From Candidatus Bathyarchaeota archaeon (GTDB lineage: Archaea > Thermoproteota > Bathyarchaeia > TCS64), in the NCBI GenBank assembly GCA_016783485.1, contig JADHWM010000003.1:1-59314 (forward strand): DNA of 59,314 nucleotides, written 5' to 3'. The notes under the pieces are model-generated. The model was given only the letters and a program-made list of their open reading frames with translations. It was not told where the DNA came from and ran no database searches. Position 1 is the first letter of the stretch. Each line of letters starts with the position of its first letter. Positions 18,297-28,397 of this stretch are shown one piece after another. Made by a program: the position numbers and the translations under genes.

Positions 18297-18983
18297 TCAC
18301 AAATCGATGGGAACCCTGCTCCCAAGGAACACTCCGTCAAAGTCCACCCGGGAAGAATACGCGTAGACCTCGACACCCTTCCTATTGGCCTCTTTAAGGT
18401 TCGCAGCGAAATCGGGGGCTGTCTCTGTATTGGGCCTGAAGCTGTTCGCATCAGGCCGTTGGATGAGGAAGAATACAGCTGACCTACCCTGCGTGAGGCC
18501 CCTGGTCAGAGTCAGGAGATGGCGGCTTCCTCTCTTGGTGGGGGCGTCTGGGAAGAGAGCGACGCCGTCCCTGATGAGGGTGCACGACTTCACCTCAAGG
18601 AAGAGCTTCCCTGAATCACTTTCGAGGAGAAAGTCGAGGCGTGACTCGCCGAAAGTGTACTCTGCTTTTTTGATACGAAAGTCTTTGAATGGTTCGATGT
18701 TGCCTCTGTCGACTGCCTCGTGGACTAGCTTGTTCGGGACATTGGAGTCGACGCTCACCAGGGTCCCCTGGTGGTCAACGAGAGTGAGGTTGTACTGGGT
18801 CTTCCTGGTATCTGATTGCACTGGTATGAGGTAGACCCGGGCGCCATGATAAAGGAGTTCCTTCATCCTGCCGGGATTCGGGATGAAGCAGGGGGTCTCA
18901 ACGCCATCCACGAGGACCACCCCGAGGAACCGGTTGGGCCTAGACTGGAAAACCGCCGGCACGAGGCGCCCACTGAACCTCAT
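18297..18983 (-). CDS. sfsA: SfsA DNA/RNA nuclease family protein
   Basis: RPNRF, PNPGRM, SRLDF, EVKSCTL and FPDAPT.RG motifs. Confidence 0.93.
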   Translation of the reverse strand: MRFSGRLVPAVFQSRPNRFLGVVLVDGVETPCFIPNPGRMKELLYHGARVYLIPVQSDTRKTQYNLTLVDHQGTLVSVDSNVPNKLVHEAVDRGNIEPFKDFRIKKAEYTFGESRLDFLLESDSGKLFLEVKSCTLIRDGVALFPDAPTKRGSRHLLTLTRGLTQGRSAVFFLIQRPDANSFRPNTETAPDFAANLKEANRKGVEVYAYSSRVDFDGVFLGSRVPIDL

Positions 18984-18992
18984 ATCGTGGCC

Positions 18993-19784
18993 CTACCCCA
19001 GGGTCTTCAGGATCTCCTCGAGGGTCCACTGGCTCGAAGCGGCCACGAGCTTCAGCGTAGTCTCCCTGGTGAGCTCCAGGTCGTCTTCCGTAGCGCCCTC
19101 TGTGACATATGCTCCCCCGGCCTCCCTGAGGATGAGGAGCCCCGCTGCGACATCGGTGATCCTAAGCTTCCCTCTAACGTCGACGTGGGCGTCCACGATT
19201 CCCGAGGCGAGGTGGCACAGAGCGAGGGCGGAGGATCCCGTCTGGCGGAGGTGCCCTGCGCTCGCTATCAACTGTTTGACCCTATCGACGGGGGCGCCCT
19301 TGCTGATATCCAGGGAGACGAGGGCCTCTTTCACGAGCTTCGATTTGGAGGGGGCGATGCGTTTCCCCGTCCTCCATGCTCCTCTATTCCTTTCGGCCCT
19401 GTAGACATCCCCGGAATATAGATCTTTGATGAGGCCTAACGTCACCCCCGACATGCGGGGTGTCTCCGAGAGAGCCATGCTGGTGCAGGCGAAGGGGATG
19501 CCTCTCGCCAGGTTGGTGGTCCCGTCGACGGGGTCGACGACGAGCACGGGGCCCTGCTCCCCGATTTCGTAATCGCCTTCCTCGCTCACGACCCGAACTG
19601 GAAAACCGGCATCGCTGAGAGTCTCCCTGATCGCCTGCTGGGCTTCTGAGTCTAGGAGTTTTTTGAGACCGTCGGCGTCAAGGGAGGCCCTGCTCAGGAG
19701 GGCTTTCCTGACATTTGTGCGGACGTTCTCCGCGGCCTCAAGCAGGACGGGAGTCCACCGAGCGCTTAAGATGGGTTGAACCAT
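18993..19784 (-). CDS. Inositol monophosphatase/FBPase family protein
   Basis: SEE, DPVDGTTN and DVAAG motifs. Confidence 0.9.
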   Translation of the reverse strand: MVQPILSARWTPVLLEAAENVRTNVRKALLSRASLDADGLKKLLDSEAQQAIRETLSDAGFPVRVVSEEGDYEIGEQGPVLVVDPVDGTTNLARGIPFACTSMALSETPRMSGVTLGLIKDLYSGDVYRAERNRGAWRTGKRIAPSKSKLVKEALVSLDISKGAPVDRVKQLIASAGHLRQTGSSALALCHLASGIVDAHVDVRGKLRITDVAAGLLILREAGGAYVTEGATEDDLELTRETTLKLVAASSQWTLEEILKTLG

Positions 19785-19892
19785 TCTCTCTCATCAAATG
19801 TTATCCTCATGGTTAACATTTTTGAGCCTAACAATTCTTTCGAAGAAAGCATGATTCGGGGTAAGGCACAGAGGGTCAAAGAGCTATATCCG

Positions 19893-20786
19893 TTAGAATG
19901 AGACCATAGATTTATAGAGATTGTACCGTCCCTCGATATCCTCGATGGTCAGGGGCAGGAACCTCTCAATGCTGAACTCCTCAACGGCGAATGAGCCCAT
20001 CACGTTCCCGTAGACCACGGCCTCCCTCATGACGGACTCGTCTAGACTCCCGCTCCGGGCCAGGTGACCCATGAATCCCCCTGCGAAGCAGTCACCCGCC
20101 CCCGTGGGATCCGTGATCTTCTCCAAGGGATAGCCACACGTGGGGAAGACCTTTTCCCGGGTGAAGAGGATGGCCCCGTGTTCCCCTTTCTTTACGACGA
20201 TAAACCTCGGGCCCCAATCGAGGATCTCCTTGGCTCCCGTGATTATGTTTGGGGCCTGGCATAGCTGCCTCACCTCGTTGTCGTTTAGGACCATGCCGTC
20301 GACCCTGGAGATGACCTCGATGAGCCCCTCCCTATCGGTGTTGATCCAGTATTCTATGGTGTCCGCAATGGTGAGGCGGGGACCGTCCACCTGGTCGAGG
20401 ACGCTGAGCTGCTGCTGGGGACCCACGTTACCCAGGTAGAGGAACTCCGCATCCTTGTACTCCTCGGGCACTACGGGGTCCCAGCCTCCGAAGACGTTCA
20501 GCTCCGTGGCGATTGAGGTCCGGGCCCCCAGGTCGAATCCGAAGCTCGAGACGTAGTGGAAGCTCTTCCCCTTCTCGACCACGAGTCCTGCGAGGTCTAG
20601 CCTGTCCCTGAAGATGTTCATGTACTCCTCTGGGAAATCGTCCCCCACGATCCCGATGAGGCCCGACTCGGCGAAGAAGCTCGCGGCGATGCTGGAGTAG
20701 GTCCCCGAGCCCCCGACCAGCTTGGATACGCTCTTGAAGGGGGTCTCGGTGGTGTCGAGGCCGACGGTGCCAAGGTTGACGATCAT
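19893..20786 (-). CDS. PfkB family sugar/nucleoside kinase
   Basis: GGSG and DPTGAGDCFAGG motifs. Confidence 0.92.
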   Translation of the reverse strand: MIVNLGTVGLDTTETPFKSVSKLVGGSGTYSSIAASFFAESGLIGIVGDDFPEEYMNIFRDRLDLAGLVVEKGKSFHYVSSFGFDLGARTSIATELNVFGGWDPVVPEEYKDAEFLYLGNVGPQQQLSVLDQVDGPRLTIADTIEYWINTDREGLIEVISRVDGMVLNDNEVRQLCQAPNIITGAKEILDWGPRFIVVKKGEHGAILFTREKVFPTCGYPLEKITDPTGAGDCFAGGFMGHLARSGSLDESVMREAVVYGNVMGSFAVEEFSIERFLPLTIEDIEGRYNLYKSMVSF

Positions 20787-20854
20787 TCAACCACTGGGGG
20801 AAATGATGGGCGGTTCCCCTTATTATTTTACCCAATTTTCAATGGGTTTAACGG

Positions 20855-22009
20855 TCAATCGCCGGCGTAACTGAATTCGCCTAGCCTGCTCGTTATCTTG
20901 AGGGAGTTGCCTTTCTCGCTCTTCTCGCAGTGTCCGATGATCTGGACGCCTATCCCGAAGCTCTCAGCGATGCGAATCACGTCCTGGGCTGCCTCGGGTT
21001 CCACTATGAACTCGATGCCTATCCCCATGTTGAAGTCCTCGTACATTTCCCTCCACTCCACCCGTCCCTCCTTTTGGATGAGGTGGAAGACTGGGTCGGG
21101 CTCGGGCAGGGCGTCCTTGACATAACGCACTCCTTTCCCGAGGCCGAGGCACTTCGTCTGGCCTCCACCCGTGTTGTGGACCATGCCGTGAACCGAGTCC
21201 CCGACGCCTTCCAAGACCTTCGCTGCGATAGGGGCGAATATCCTGGTGGGCGACGTCAGGGCTTCACCGACAGTCATCCCGAGCCCATCCGGGCGATCCT
21301 CGTAACCGTAACTCCCCGTGAATCTCGCCCTGTCTGGGTGAGCGAGCTCGGGATATCTTTCTAGGTATTCTCCGCGCATCAGGCAGTTCCTTGCGAGGGT
21401 GTGACCGTTGCACATTATCCCGCTGTTCGCCTCCTCCTCGTAGCCGACCTTTCCGCCGCTCCGCAGGCCGACTATCACGTCCCCGGGGGAGATCTCGTAG
21501 CCAGTCACAACTTTGTCAAGTTCTACCCTAGCAAAGAGAGCCCCGCATACGTCCAGGGTCTTCATCTGGTCGGGGAGGTCTGCGGTCTCTCCACCCCCGA
21601 ATAAAACGGGCAGCCCGTTCTCCTCGAGCATCTTGAACGTATCCGCGAATCCCTGGGAGAGGGCCGCGAGCATCTCCACCCTGTCGATGAGAAGGGTGTT
21701 GTACGCTATGTAGTCTATGAAGGATATGGCTTCAGCCCCGACGCAGATGACGTCGTCGATGTTCATTGCGACGGCGTCCTGGGCCAGCCCTTTGAACCAT
21801 GAGGGATCCCCCGACTCTTTGTAGCAGAGGTAGCTCATGATGGGTTTGCTCCCCGCAGAGTCCGCGTGGGAGACGAGGCCCATACTCGGGTTCGTGGGGT
21901 CCCGGGTGATGACGCAGAAGGCTCCCGGGTAGAGGTTGTCCACGACGCCTTTGAACGCCTGGATGCCCTCCTTCTTCACGTCGACGCCGAGGGCTTTGTA
22001 TCGGGACAT
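20855..22009 (-). CDS. purM: Phosphoribosylformylglycinamidine cyclo-ligase (AIR synthase)
   Basis: Y..LGVD, HADSAGSK, AMNIDD, GGETA, HNTGGG and FNMG motifs. Confidence 0.9.
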   Translation of the reverse strand: MSRYKALGVDVKKEGIQAFKGVVDNLYPGAFCVITRDPTNPSMGLVSHADSAGSKPIMSYLCYKESGDPSWFKGLAQDAVAMNIDDVICVGAEAISFIDYIAYNTLLIDRVEMLAALSQGFADTFKMLEENGLPVLFGGGETADLPDQMKTLDVCGALFARVELDKVVTGYEISPGDVIVGLRSGGKVGYEEEANSGIMCNGHTLARNCLMRGEYLERYPELAHPDRARFTGSYGYEDRPDGLGMTVGEALTSPTRIFAPIAAKVLEGVGDSVHGMVHNTGGGQTKCLGLGKGVRYVKDALPEPDPVFHLIQKEGRVEWREMYEDFNMGIGIEFIVEPEAAQDVIRIAESFGIGVQIIGHCEKSEKGNSLKITSRLGEFSYAGD

Positions 22010-22065
22010 CTCGGCGAAAATATGGAGTCACTCATCTTAAAGTTATGGACGAGGCTAGAGCAGTC

Positions 22066-23634
22066 TCAGGGGTGGGAGATGGATCCTATCTGGTCGACGA
22101 TAGCCTCTTGGAGCCTGATATAGTCGCCGTCGCTTATCCAGCCTCCCCGCCGGAGCCTCGTGAGCCCGAGCATCATCTGGTCCACCGCCTCCCTGCTCCG
22201 GAACAGGTTCAGCCTCTCCGCCTCCTGGCGGTATGCCCGGCCCACCTGGTTATCCCTCCCGAGGCTCCTCACAGCCCTCTCCAGGAACCGATCCGAGAAC
22301 CCCCCCACGGGCCTGATCAGCATGTTCACCTTACTCTCGAGATCGTCCGCTAGCATCCGCCTGAACCTCGAGAATAGGCCGGGGCTGCCCACCACTTCCA
22401 CCGGGGGATAGAAGTCGAACCTCTTCCGACCGAAGTGGAAGACGTAGAAGGGTATGTTTATCTCGAGGTCTCCCTCGTCCAGCTCTACCTTGTATTTGTC
22501 GAGGGACTTGAGCTTGTTTCTCTTTCTCCGGCTGAGGGCATCGATCTGACCCGAGATCGCCTTTGCTTCGGCCAGTATCTCCGCTTCGAGGGATTGGATC
22601 TCCTCGAGCCTGTCCCGAGTCTGGGCTCGTTCATCCGCCAGCTTCTCCTCGTCGCCCCTCAGCTCGGCGTCGAACTGGACCCTCAGGACCTTGATCTCGG
22701 CGTCCCTCTTCCCCTCGAGGCTCTTCACCGCTTTCTCGAGCTCCCCGAACTTTTTCTTGAGCTCCCTCAGGGCCTTCTCGGAATCAAGCGTCCCTTTGTC
22801 ATCCGTTGATTTCAGTTGGTCCACCCTTTTCTCCGCCCGGGTGAGCTTCCTCTTGCGCTTGGTCCGCTCCTCCCTCAGTGGGCCCGTCTGCCTCTTGTAG
22901 GATGAGCGGACACGGGTGATTTCCCTGTCCAACTTCTTCTTGAGCCCACCCCTCTTCTTCTCGAGGGCTCCTTTCAGGCGTTCCTGGATCTTTAGGCTGC
23001 CATCCTTGATGTTCAGGGACTCTTCCTTCAGCACTTTCCGGGCTGTGTCCAGGGATTCTTGGAGACCCTTCTTGGCATTCTCTAGGGTTTTCTGGTCCTC
23101 CTCGAGAGTTTTATGGAGCCTTATAAGGGAGTCCAACACAGCTTTGACCTCCGCGTCTTCGAGGATCGGGTTGAAGATAATGGAATTAACATCGGACTCT
23201 GGCTCCATGGTCCTTTCGAGCAGCCCGTTTATTTCCCCGAGCTTCGGAGGCTGGGCCACAAGCCCGGTGAACGTCAGGGTCTCCTGCCCCGTGAAATCCT
23301 TGAAATGACCTGAGAGCCCCTTGAGCCCTTTGAGATAGTTCTCGGGCTCCACCGAGACCTTGTCAACAGCCTTGATGAAGGGCTCCACGTCCGGGATGAG
23401 TTTGTACCTGAGGCTGGTCTTGTGGAGCCCGAGGAGATCGACCATCACCGATCCCCCATCGTATCGCTTGAAGAGAAGTGGATAGGTCGCGAAGGAGGCA
23501 GCCTCCAGGACCCCCGTCCCTCTCCGGGAGTCCCCCACTATGAAGAGTGAGGCGAGCTCGAGCTCTTTGGTGAAAGGTTGGCCTCTGCTGCCGTCATCTA
23601 AGACATATGGGACAGTCAGTCTCTTCGAGCTCAT
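22066..23634 (-). CDS. Hypothetical protein with a long central coiled coil
   Basis: 522 aa with a long K/E/R/L-rich helical middle section flanked by globular ends. Confidence 0.7.
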   Translation of the reverse strand: MSSKRLTVPYVLDDGSRGQPFTKELELASLFIVGDSRRGTGVLEAASFATYPLLFKRYDGGSVMVDLLGLHKTSLRYKLIPDVEPFIKAVDKVSVEPENYLKGLKGLSGHFKDFTGQETLTFTGLVAQPPKLGEINGLLERTMEPESDVNSIIFNPILEDAEVKAVLDSLIRLHKTLEEDQKTLENAKKGLQESLDTARKVLKEESLNIKDGSLKIQERLKGALEKKRGGLKKKLDREITRVRSSYKRQTGPLREERTKRKRKLTRAEKRVDQLKSTDDKGTLDSEKALRELKKKFGELEKAVKSLEGKRDAEIKVLRVQFDAELRGDEEKLADERAQTRDRLEEIQSLEAEILAEAKAISGQIDALSRRKRNKLKSLDKYKVELDEGDLEINIPFYVFHFGRKRFDFYPPVEVVGSPGLFSRFRRMLADDLESKVNMLIRPVGGFSDRFLERAVRSLGRDNQVGRAYRQEAERLNLFRSREAVDQMMLGLTRLRRGGWISDGDYIRLQEAIVDQIGSISHP

Positions 23635-23692
23635 GGGACCCTCCCTAACCTAGATTACACTCTCGCCTAAAAAAATACGGTATTCTATCCCG

Positions 23693-24757
23693 TCAACGGA
23701 ATTCCCAATATTCTCGGAGGTGTCTCTTAACGTCCCCGATGATTCTCTCGGTCTCCTTGAGCACGGCCTCGGAGCTTATCGGGGGCGGAGCCAACTCTAC
23801 ACTCGGATTCTCCTCGCCCATCGCCCCGGTGAGGAGTGAGAGCCACCCTTCGGCGACGGTGGCCGGGTTGTAGCCGCTGCAGCAGAGGTCGACGACGCCG
23901 CAACCAGCCTCCTCCGCTGCCTGGGACGCGGCCTTCCCGATTGTCCAGAGCCCTTGGAAGGTCAAGATGAGGCTCCCGAGGCCGTCCATGAAGTGGGGGT
24001 CTGTGCCCCCGTTTCTGATGATCGCCTGGGGCTTGAACTCACATGCTAGGGGTTTGAAGACCTCCTCGAGGAACAGTGCCATGCAGCGGTCACCTGCGCC
24101 CGGAGGGAGTGGCACGTTCACCGTGAATCCAGCACCTTTACCCTCCCCGATCTGTTCGATGAAGCCCGTTCCAGGGTAGATGGTGAGGGGGTTCTGGTGC
24201 ACCGAGACGAATAGGATCCGGGAGTCCTCATAGAAGATGTCCATGGTGCCGTTCCCAGCGTGGACATCGGAGTCGAGGATGAGCACCCTCTCCAGGCCGT
24301 GGCGCTCGATGAGGCTCTGAGCGCAAACAGCGACGTCGTTGAAGACGCAGAAACCTCCCCCGTATCTCCGCCCAGCGTGGTGGAGCCCCCCGCCGACACC
24401 GAACCCTATCTCGGCGGCTCCCGTGGCGACTAGTTCCCCGGCCAGCACGGATCCCCCGACGATGAGACGCGCCGCCTCCACTATGGACGGGCTGAGGGGG
24501 GTGTCGCCCGACAGCGGGATGTAGTGTCCGCTTCGATTCTCAACTTCCCTGATGTAGGACTCTGGATGGATCAGCTCCAGAAGCTCATCGCCGGCGGGTT
24601 CGGGCTCCAAGACGGAGACTCTCGGATCGTTTAGAAAACCATGGGTCTCCAGGAGGCTCATGAACTTAGGGAACCTGTCGCTCCTGAAGGGATGGCCTGG
24701 GCCGAAGTCGTATCCGGAGATCCCCTCATGGTAAACCACGGCGACCGGTTCCATCAA
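23693..24757 (-). CDS. Histone deacetylase family protein (AcuC-like)
   Basis: GHP, GGLHHA, GFCVFND, DSDVHAGNGT and YPGTG motifs. Confidence 0.93.
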   Translation of the reverse strand: MMEPVAVVYHEGISGYDFGPGHPFRSDRFPKFMSLLETHGFLNDPRVSVLEPEPAGDELLELIHPESYIREVENRSGHYIPLSGDTPLSPSIVEAARLIVGGSVLAGELVATGAAEIGFGVGGGLHHAGRRYGGGFCVFNDVAVCAQSLIERHGLERVLILDSDVHAGNGTMDIFYEDSRILFVSVHQNPLTIYPGTGFIEQIGEGKGAGFTVNVPLPPGAGDRCMALFLEEVFKPLACEFKPQAIIRNGGTDPHFMDGLGSLILTFQGLWTIGKAASQAAEEAGCGVVDLCCSGYNPATVAEGWLSLLTGAMGEENPSVELAPPPISSEAVLKETERIIGDVKRHLREYWEFR

Positions 24758-24837
24758 GCTTCACCCGATGCATCATTACTCTCGATCGGGAAAGATAAGG
24801 GGATATCCCTGACCGCTTCGATGGCGCTCGCTGCGGG

Positions 24838-26370
24838 TTATTCAATGATGATTCTCTCGAGGCGGGTCTGATTCACCACGTAGATCCGGATGCCGTGCAC
24901 CTCCTCCTTTAGTAACAGCAGGTCAGGATATTCCCGGCTCACCACCGCCCAGACGGGGTGGGATCGGCTTCCGCAGTGGAGCCACAGGGTCACGTTGTAC
25001 CTGGCAAACCATCTGGCGTATCTCGCGGGGTCGGTCACTCCGTAGTAGTGGGGGGCATAATGATTACTCAGGAGATCCTCGGGGCTTACACCCCACATTG
25101 AGACGAGCCTATAGTTCGCCGTTGGATGGTCGCAGACGATGGTCCCGTTAACGTAGTGGCTTGATGCCGCATCCGCGACATCGAAGATGTCGAGGGTCTC
25201 GCCCTGAAAAGTCCCGTAGGCGGGGAGGATGGCGTTCATGGTTATCAGTTCTAGCACCAAAACCGCGACTGTAAGGGGGATCCACCTGGCATGGCTCCGG
25301 GACACCCTCAACTCCACTCTATAGATGAGATAGGCGAGGAGCACTGATCCCACCGCAGCCAGGGGCAGGCTCATCCTGAGCATGTAAAGGAGATGCTTCG
25401 GATCCCCCGGGTAGTACGTGATGAAGATGGGCCCGAACACCACCGCGGATATGAGGAAGAAGAGGAAGAGATGGTATCTCCTCCATCGGCGCCGAACCAT
25501 GTGGGCAAAGGAGCCTGAGAGGGCGACGGCCGAGCCCAGGAGGAGCTGGCCCGTGGCCTTCCCGGGCCAGGCGCGCAGCTTGTCTCCCAGCCACATCGTC
25601 ATGAGGCGGGGGAGGGGTAGGCCCAGCCCTCGCTGGGTCCAGCCTCCGAAGACGCTGAAGAGGCTCCAGTAGAGGGGATAAATGGCGTTAGAGGTCCAGT
25701 GCCTGAACAGGAAGCAGAAGAGGCTCATGACTATGAGCCAGCTGAGGGCGAAGGCTTGGATCCTCTGAGAGGCCCTCTCGATCGCGACGGCCCCGGCGAC
25801 GAATATCAGGGAGACGAGCCAATACTCGGTCCTAGACTGCGCCGCGAGGGCGAGGAACAGCCCCGACCAGCCGGGCTTGGTGTTGAAGAGGGCGAGGGAT
25901 AGGAGGGCGAAGAACAGGGCGAGGGGTTCCTGGAGGGCGACGATGTCGAATATCCCGGCCACGGGGTATAGGGCGTAGATCAGGCCGGCGGAGAGCCCGA
26001 CTCTCCAGTAAAAGTTGTCCCGCCCGATGATGTAGATCAGGTACGTGTTCGCTCCGGCGAGAATGATGTTCAGTATTCGGTAGGGCAGGATGGAGGCTGT
26101 AGACATCACCCCTAGGAGGAGGGTCTGAACCAAGTGGGGTACGACCCCCCAGTAGTACTCGCACCCGTTGAGGTCCCAGAGCCTCCCCCTCTGGAGGCCG
26201 ATCTTGAGCGTCATGTAGGATATCTGCCAGTGGTGGTAAGAATCGGAGTTCCAGTCGACGGGGATGGAGGCCCAGACGAGGATGCGCGGTATGAAGGCGA
26301 TCAGGGAGAAGAAGATGTACGTGTATCTGGGGTTCGAAAGGATTGGGTAGAGGCGTTCGTCGAACCCCAT
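24838..26370 (-). CDS. Polytopic membrane protein, GT-C/PMT-like glycosyltransferase
   Basis: Many TM helices, an acidic first loop (DWNSDSY), and QEPL and SRTE motifs. Confidence 0.65.
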   Translation of the reverse strand: MGFDERLYPILSNPRYTYIFFSLIAFIPRILVWASIPVDWNSDSYHHWQISYMTLKIGLQRGRLWDLNGCEYYWGVVPHLVQTLLLGVMSTASILPYRILNIILAGANTYLIYIIGRDNFYWRVGLSAGLIYALYPVAGIFDIVALQEPLALFFALLSLALFNTKPGWSGLFLALAAQSRTEYWLVSLIFVAGAVAIERASQRIQAFALSWLIVMSLFCFLFRHWTSNAIYPLYWSLFSVFGGWTQRGLGLPLPRLMTMWLGDKLRAWPGKATGQLLLGSAVALSGSFAHMVRRRWRRYHLFLFFLISAVVFGPIFITYYPGDPKHLLYMLRMSLPLAAVGSVLLAYLIYRVELRVSRSHARWIPLTVAVLVLELITMNAILPAYGTFQGETLDIFDVADAASSHYVNGTIVCDHPTANYRLVSMWGVSPEDLLSNHYAPHYYGVTDPARYARWFARYNVTLWLHCGSRSHPVWAVVSREYPDLLLLKEEVHGIRIYVVNQTRLERIIIE

Positions 26371-26427
26371 CGCATACTGTCATATATTTTTGAATGTTAT
26401 TAAGGTGCTCTTTAGCTCGCGCCTGCG

Positions 26428-26683
26428 AGCGGGGGCAGTTCCTCGTTGCCACCGGGGGTGGGGGTATCTGGCTCATAAGGGGGCCCTGAAAGAGTGGCGT
26501 CTTAGGGCGGATGACTCCTCTGGGAGCCTTCCTGAGCGGAAACTTGTACGAAAATGATAGCTCTTCGCCCTGACTCGTCCTTTCATGGGCTCCCCTCGTC
26601 ATGAGCGTCGCTTTCATAGTTATCGTCGAGGAGCCTGAACCGAGGGAAATCTGGCGTCGTAGCCTGTTCAGAGAGCTTCCGCT
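26428..26683 (+). ncRNA. Candidate structured non-coding RNA (about 256 nt, rod-like), family not recognised
   Basis: Nested helices 26428-36/26675-83, 26439-45/26641-47, 26471-76/26601-06, 26478-92/26580-96 and 26502-11/26564-73. G-U pairs favour the + strand. TTATTAAG lies at 26397, about 30 nt upstream. Confidence 0.55.
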
Positions 26684-26725
26684 AGCGTTGAGAAATTAAA
26701 AAATTAGAGTTCTGATAATAATATA

Positions 26726-27106
26726 TCAGGAAATGGCCAGCTTGAGGGCTTCCTTTGTCTCCGCTGGAAAGTCCTTCATAAGGCTAGATATCACGGTCTG
26801 CGCGACGTACTTTTTGAAAGAAGTCTCGTTCAGCTTTGGCCTGTAGACCCTGTGGTAACCGCCCTTGCCTGTCCGCTCATCGTAATCGAGGACGCCCTCG
26901 TCCACCATTGCGTTGAGGAAGTTGATTATGGACGCGCGGCTGATTGTCTTACCCACAAGCCTGTCGTTGACGTGGCTCCAGACCTCTCTCGAGATGGCGC
27001 CCTCCTCGTTTCTTTCCCAGACGAACCTCAAGGCTTCTTCCTGGTAGTCACGGAAGACCTTTGAGAGACCGTCGCTCGCCGGATTAAATATCAGTGTCAT
27101 ATTCAA
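26726..27106 (-). CDS. Winged-helix transcriptional regulator (BlaI/MecI/CopY-like)
   Basis: LRFVW, SREVW, SRASIINFLN.MVDEGVL and GKGGYHRVYRP motifs. Confidence 0.8.
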   Translation of the reverse strand: MNMTLIFNPASDGLSKVFRDYQEEALRFVWERNEEGAISREVWSHVNDRLVGKTISRASIINFLNAMVDEGVLDYDERTGKGGYHRVYRPKLNETSFKKYVAQTVISSLMKDFPAETKEALKLAIS

Positions 27107-27390
27107 GTCACCGAATGTCTGCTCATCGTTGGGGTTTAAATATAAACGTTTTGTATGAGATAACTGATATTTTCTACTCTTTGTAAAAAACTATTATTTT
27201 TTTTACATTTTTCTTGCATAGGAGTGGTTTTATATCTTAAATATGAAAGTAAAGATTAAAAAAACGGCATTCCCAAGATTCCGACGTTTTAATGAAATAT
27301 TAATATAATGATGCCGGCCCCTCATCCGGTGGTTTTCCGCACATCGAGGAACGGGGTGGGGTTATCGTGATCGTTAACCTTTCCCAACAG

Positions 27391-28248
27391 TCACGGGGGC
27401 GTAAGCGGATCGATGTTATCGGTTGCTATGGAGCGGAGCATCTCCTGGGGGATCTTGAGGTCTTCGTGGGTCGCATACCTGTTGATGTTCAACATCATAT
27501 CCATGTAGGGTCTCTGGCGGACCCCCGGGTAGTCTGTCCCAAATATGAGCTTGTTGATGACTCCGAGGTTGAGGGCGGTGAGGAGGTCTTTCCAGAGCAT
27601 GAAGGGATAGCTCGGATGGTTGATGTTCCCGTAGGGCCAGCTTATATCACACCAAACGTTGGCGTGTTTCCGGGCGACATAGAGGGTCTCGTCCACCCTG
27701 GGATAGCCGAGGTGGGCGAGGACGATCTTGAGTTCGGGGAAGCTGTAAGCGACCTCGTCGATGAGGGCTGGATCCGAGTGTTTCAGCAGGTCCCCGGGGT
27801 CGGGCATCCCCGCGTGGTGGAACATGATGGGCATCCCGATGCCCGAGGCGGCCTCGTAGACCGGGAAGACGTCCGGATCGTTCACGAAGTATCCGTCGGT
27901 GGTGGGATAGAGCTTGAGCCCAAAGAGTCCGAGTTCCCCCCTCTGCTTCAGGACCTCGTCCCCTGACCCCCCGTGTGTGGGATTGACGTAGCCGAACCCG
28001 ATGAGCCTGTCGGAGGCCCGGGAGACGAAGGCTGAAACCTGTTCCGGGGATGTCCGTTTGTCGGATAAGACGACGGCTTTCTGGAACCCCGCCTCATCGA
28101 GGTCGGCGAGGAACTCCTCCAGGGTGACTGAGACGACGGTCGGGTTCTCGATGTCTGCGTACTCCGTCATGGAGATGTGGCAGTGATAGTCCACCCTTGG
28201 GGAATCATTGCTGGTTGCAGGCTTGTCTGCCTGCCTTGTAAGAGTCAA
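27391..28248 (-). CDS. Amidohydrolase_2 family protein
   Basis: DYHCH, GLKLYP, LAHLG and FGTDYP motifs. Confidence 0.9.
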   Translation of the reverse strand: MTLTRQADKPATSNDSPRVDYHCHISMTEYADIENPTVVSVTLEEFLADLDEAGFQKAVVLSDKRTSPEQVSAFVSRASDRLIGFGYVNPTHGGSGDEVLKQRGELGLFGLKLYPTTDGYFVNDPDVFPVYEAASGIGMPIMFHHAGMPDPGDLLKHSDPALIDEVAYSFPELKIVLAHLGYPRVDETLYVARKHANVWCDISWPYGNINHPSYPFMLWKDLLTALNLGVINKLIFGTDYPGVRQRPYMDMMLNINRYATHEDLKIPQEMLRSIATDNIDPLTPP

Positions 28249-28397
28249 ACTTGTTCATCCTAGCTAGATGAAAACGTGGCTTAAGGATTTTGAGGGTCTG
28301 AGGCGACTTCTTCCGTCCTTCGGAATATACTATTAACTTGGCAATTAGTGAGCTTTTTCTTCTCTTTTCCTCTTTTTATAAAACAAAACGTATAAAT

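Noticed and set aside
26404-26460. HDV-like ribozyme suggested by the TCCTCGT loop
   Set aside because: P3 does not close the canonical 7-nt loop, P1 would be only 4 bp, and there is no proper J4/2.
26428-26683. SRP RNA or RNase P RNA
   Set aside because: It lacks the CAGG-GNRA-AGCA helix 8 and the GAGGAAAGUCC P4 strand. The same holds for 39726-40050.
27110-27310. Replication origin
   Set aside because: It is AT-rich, but I recognised no ORB repeats and no adjacent cdc6/orc1 gene.
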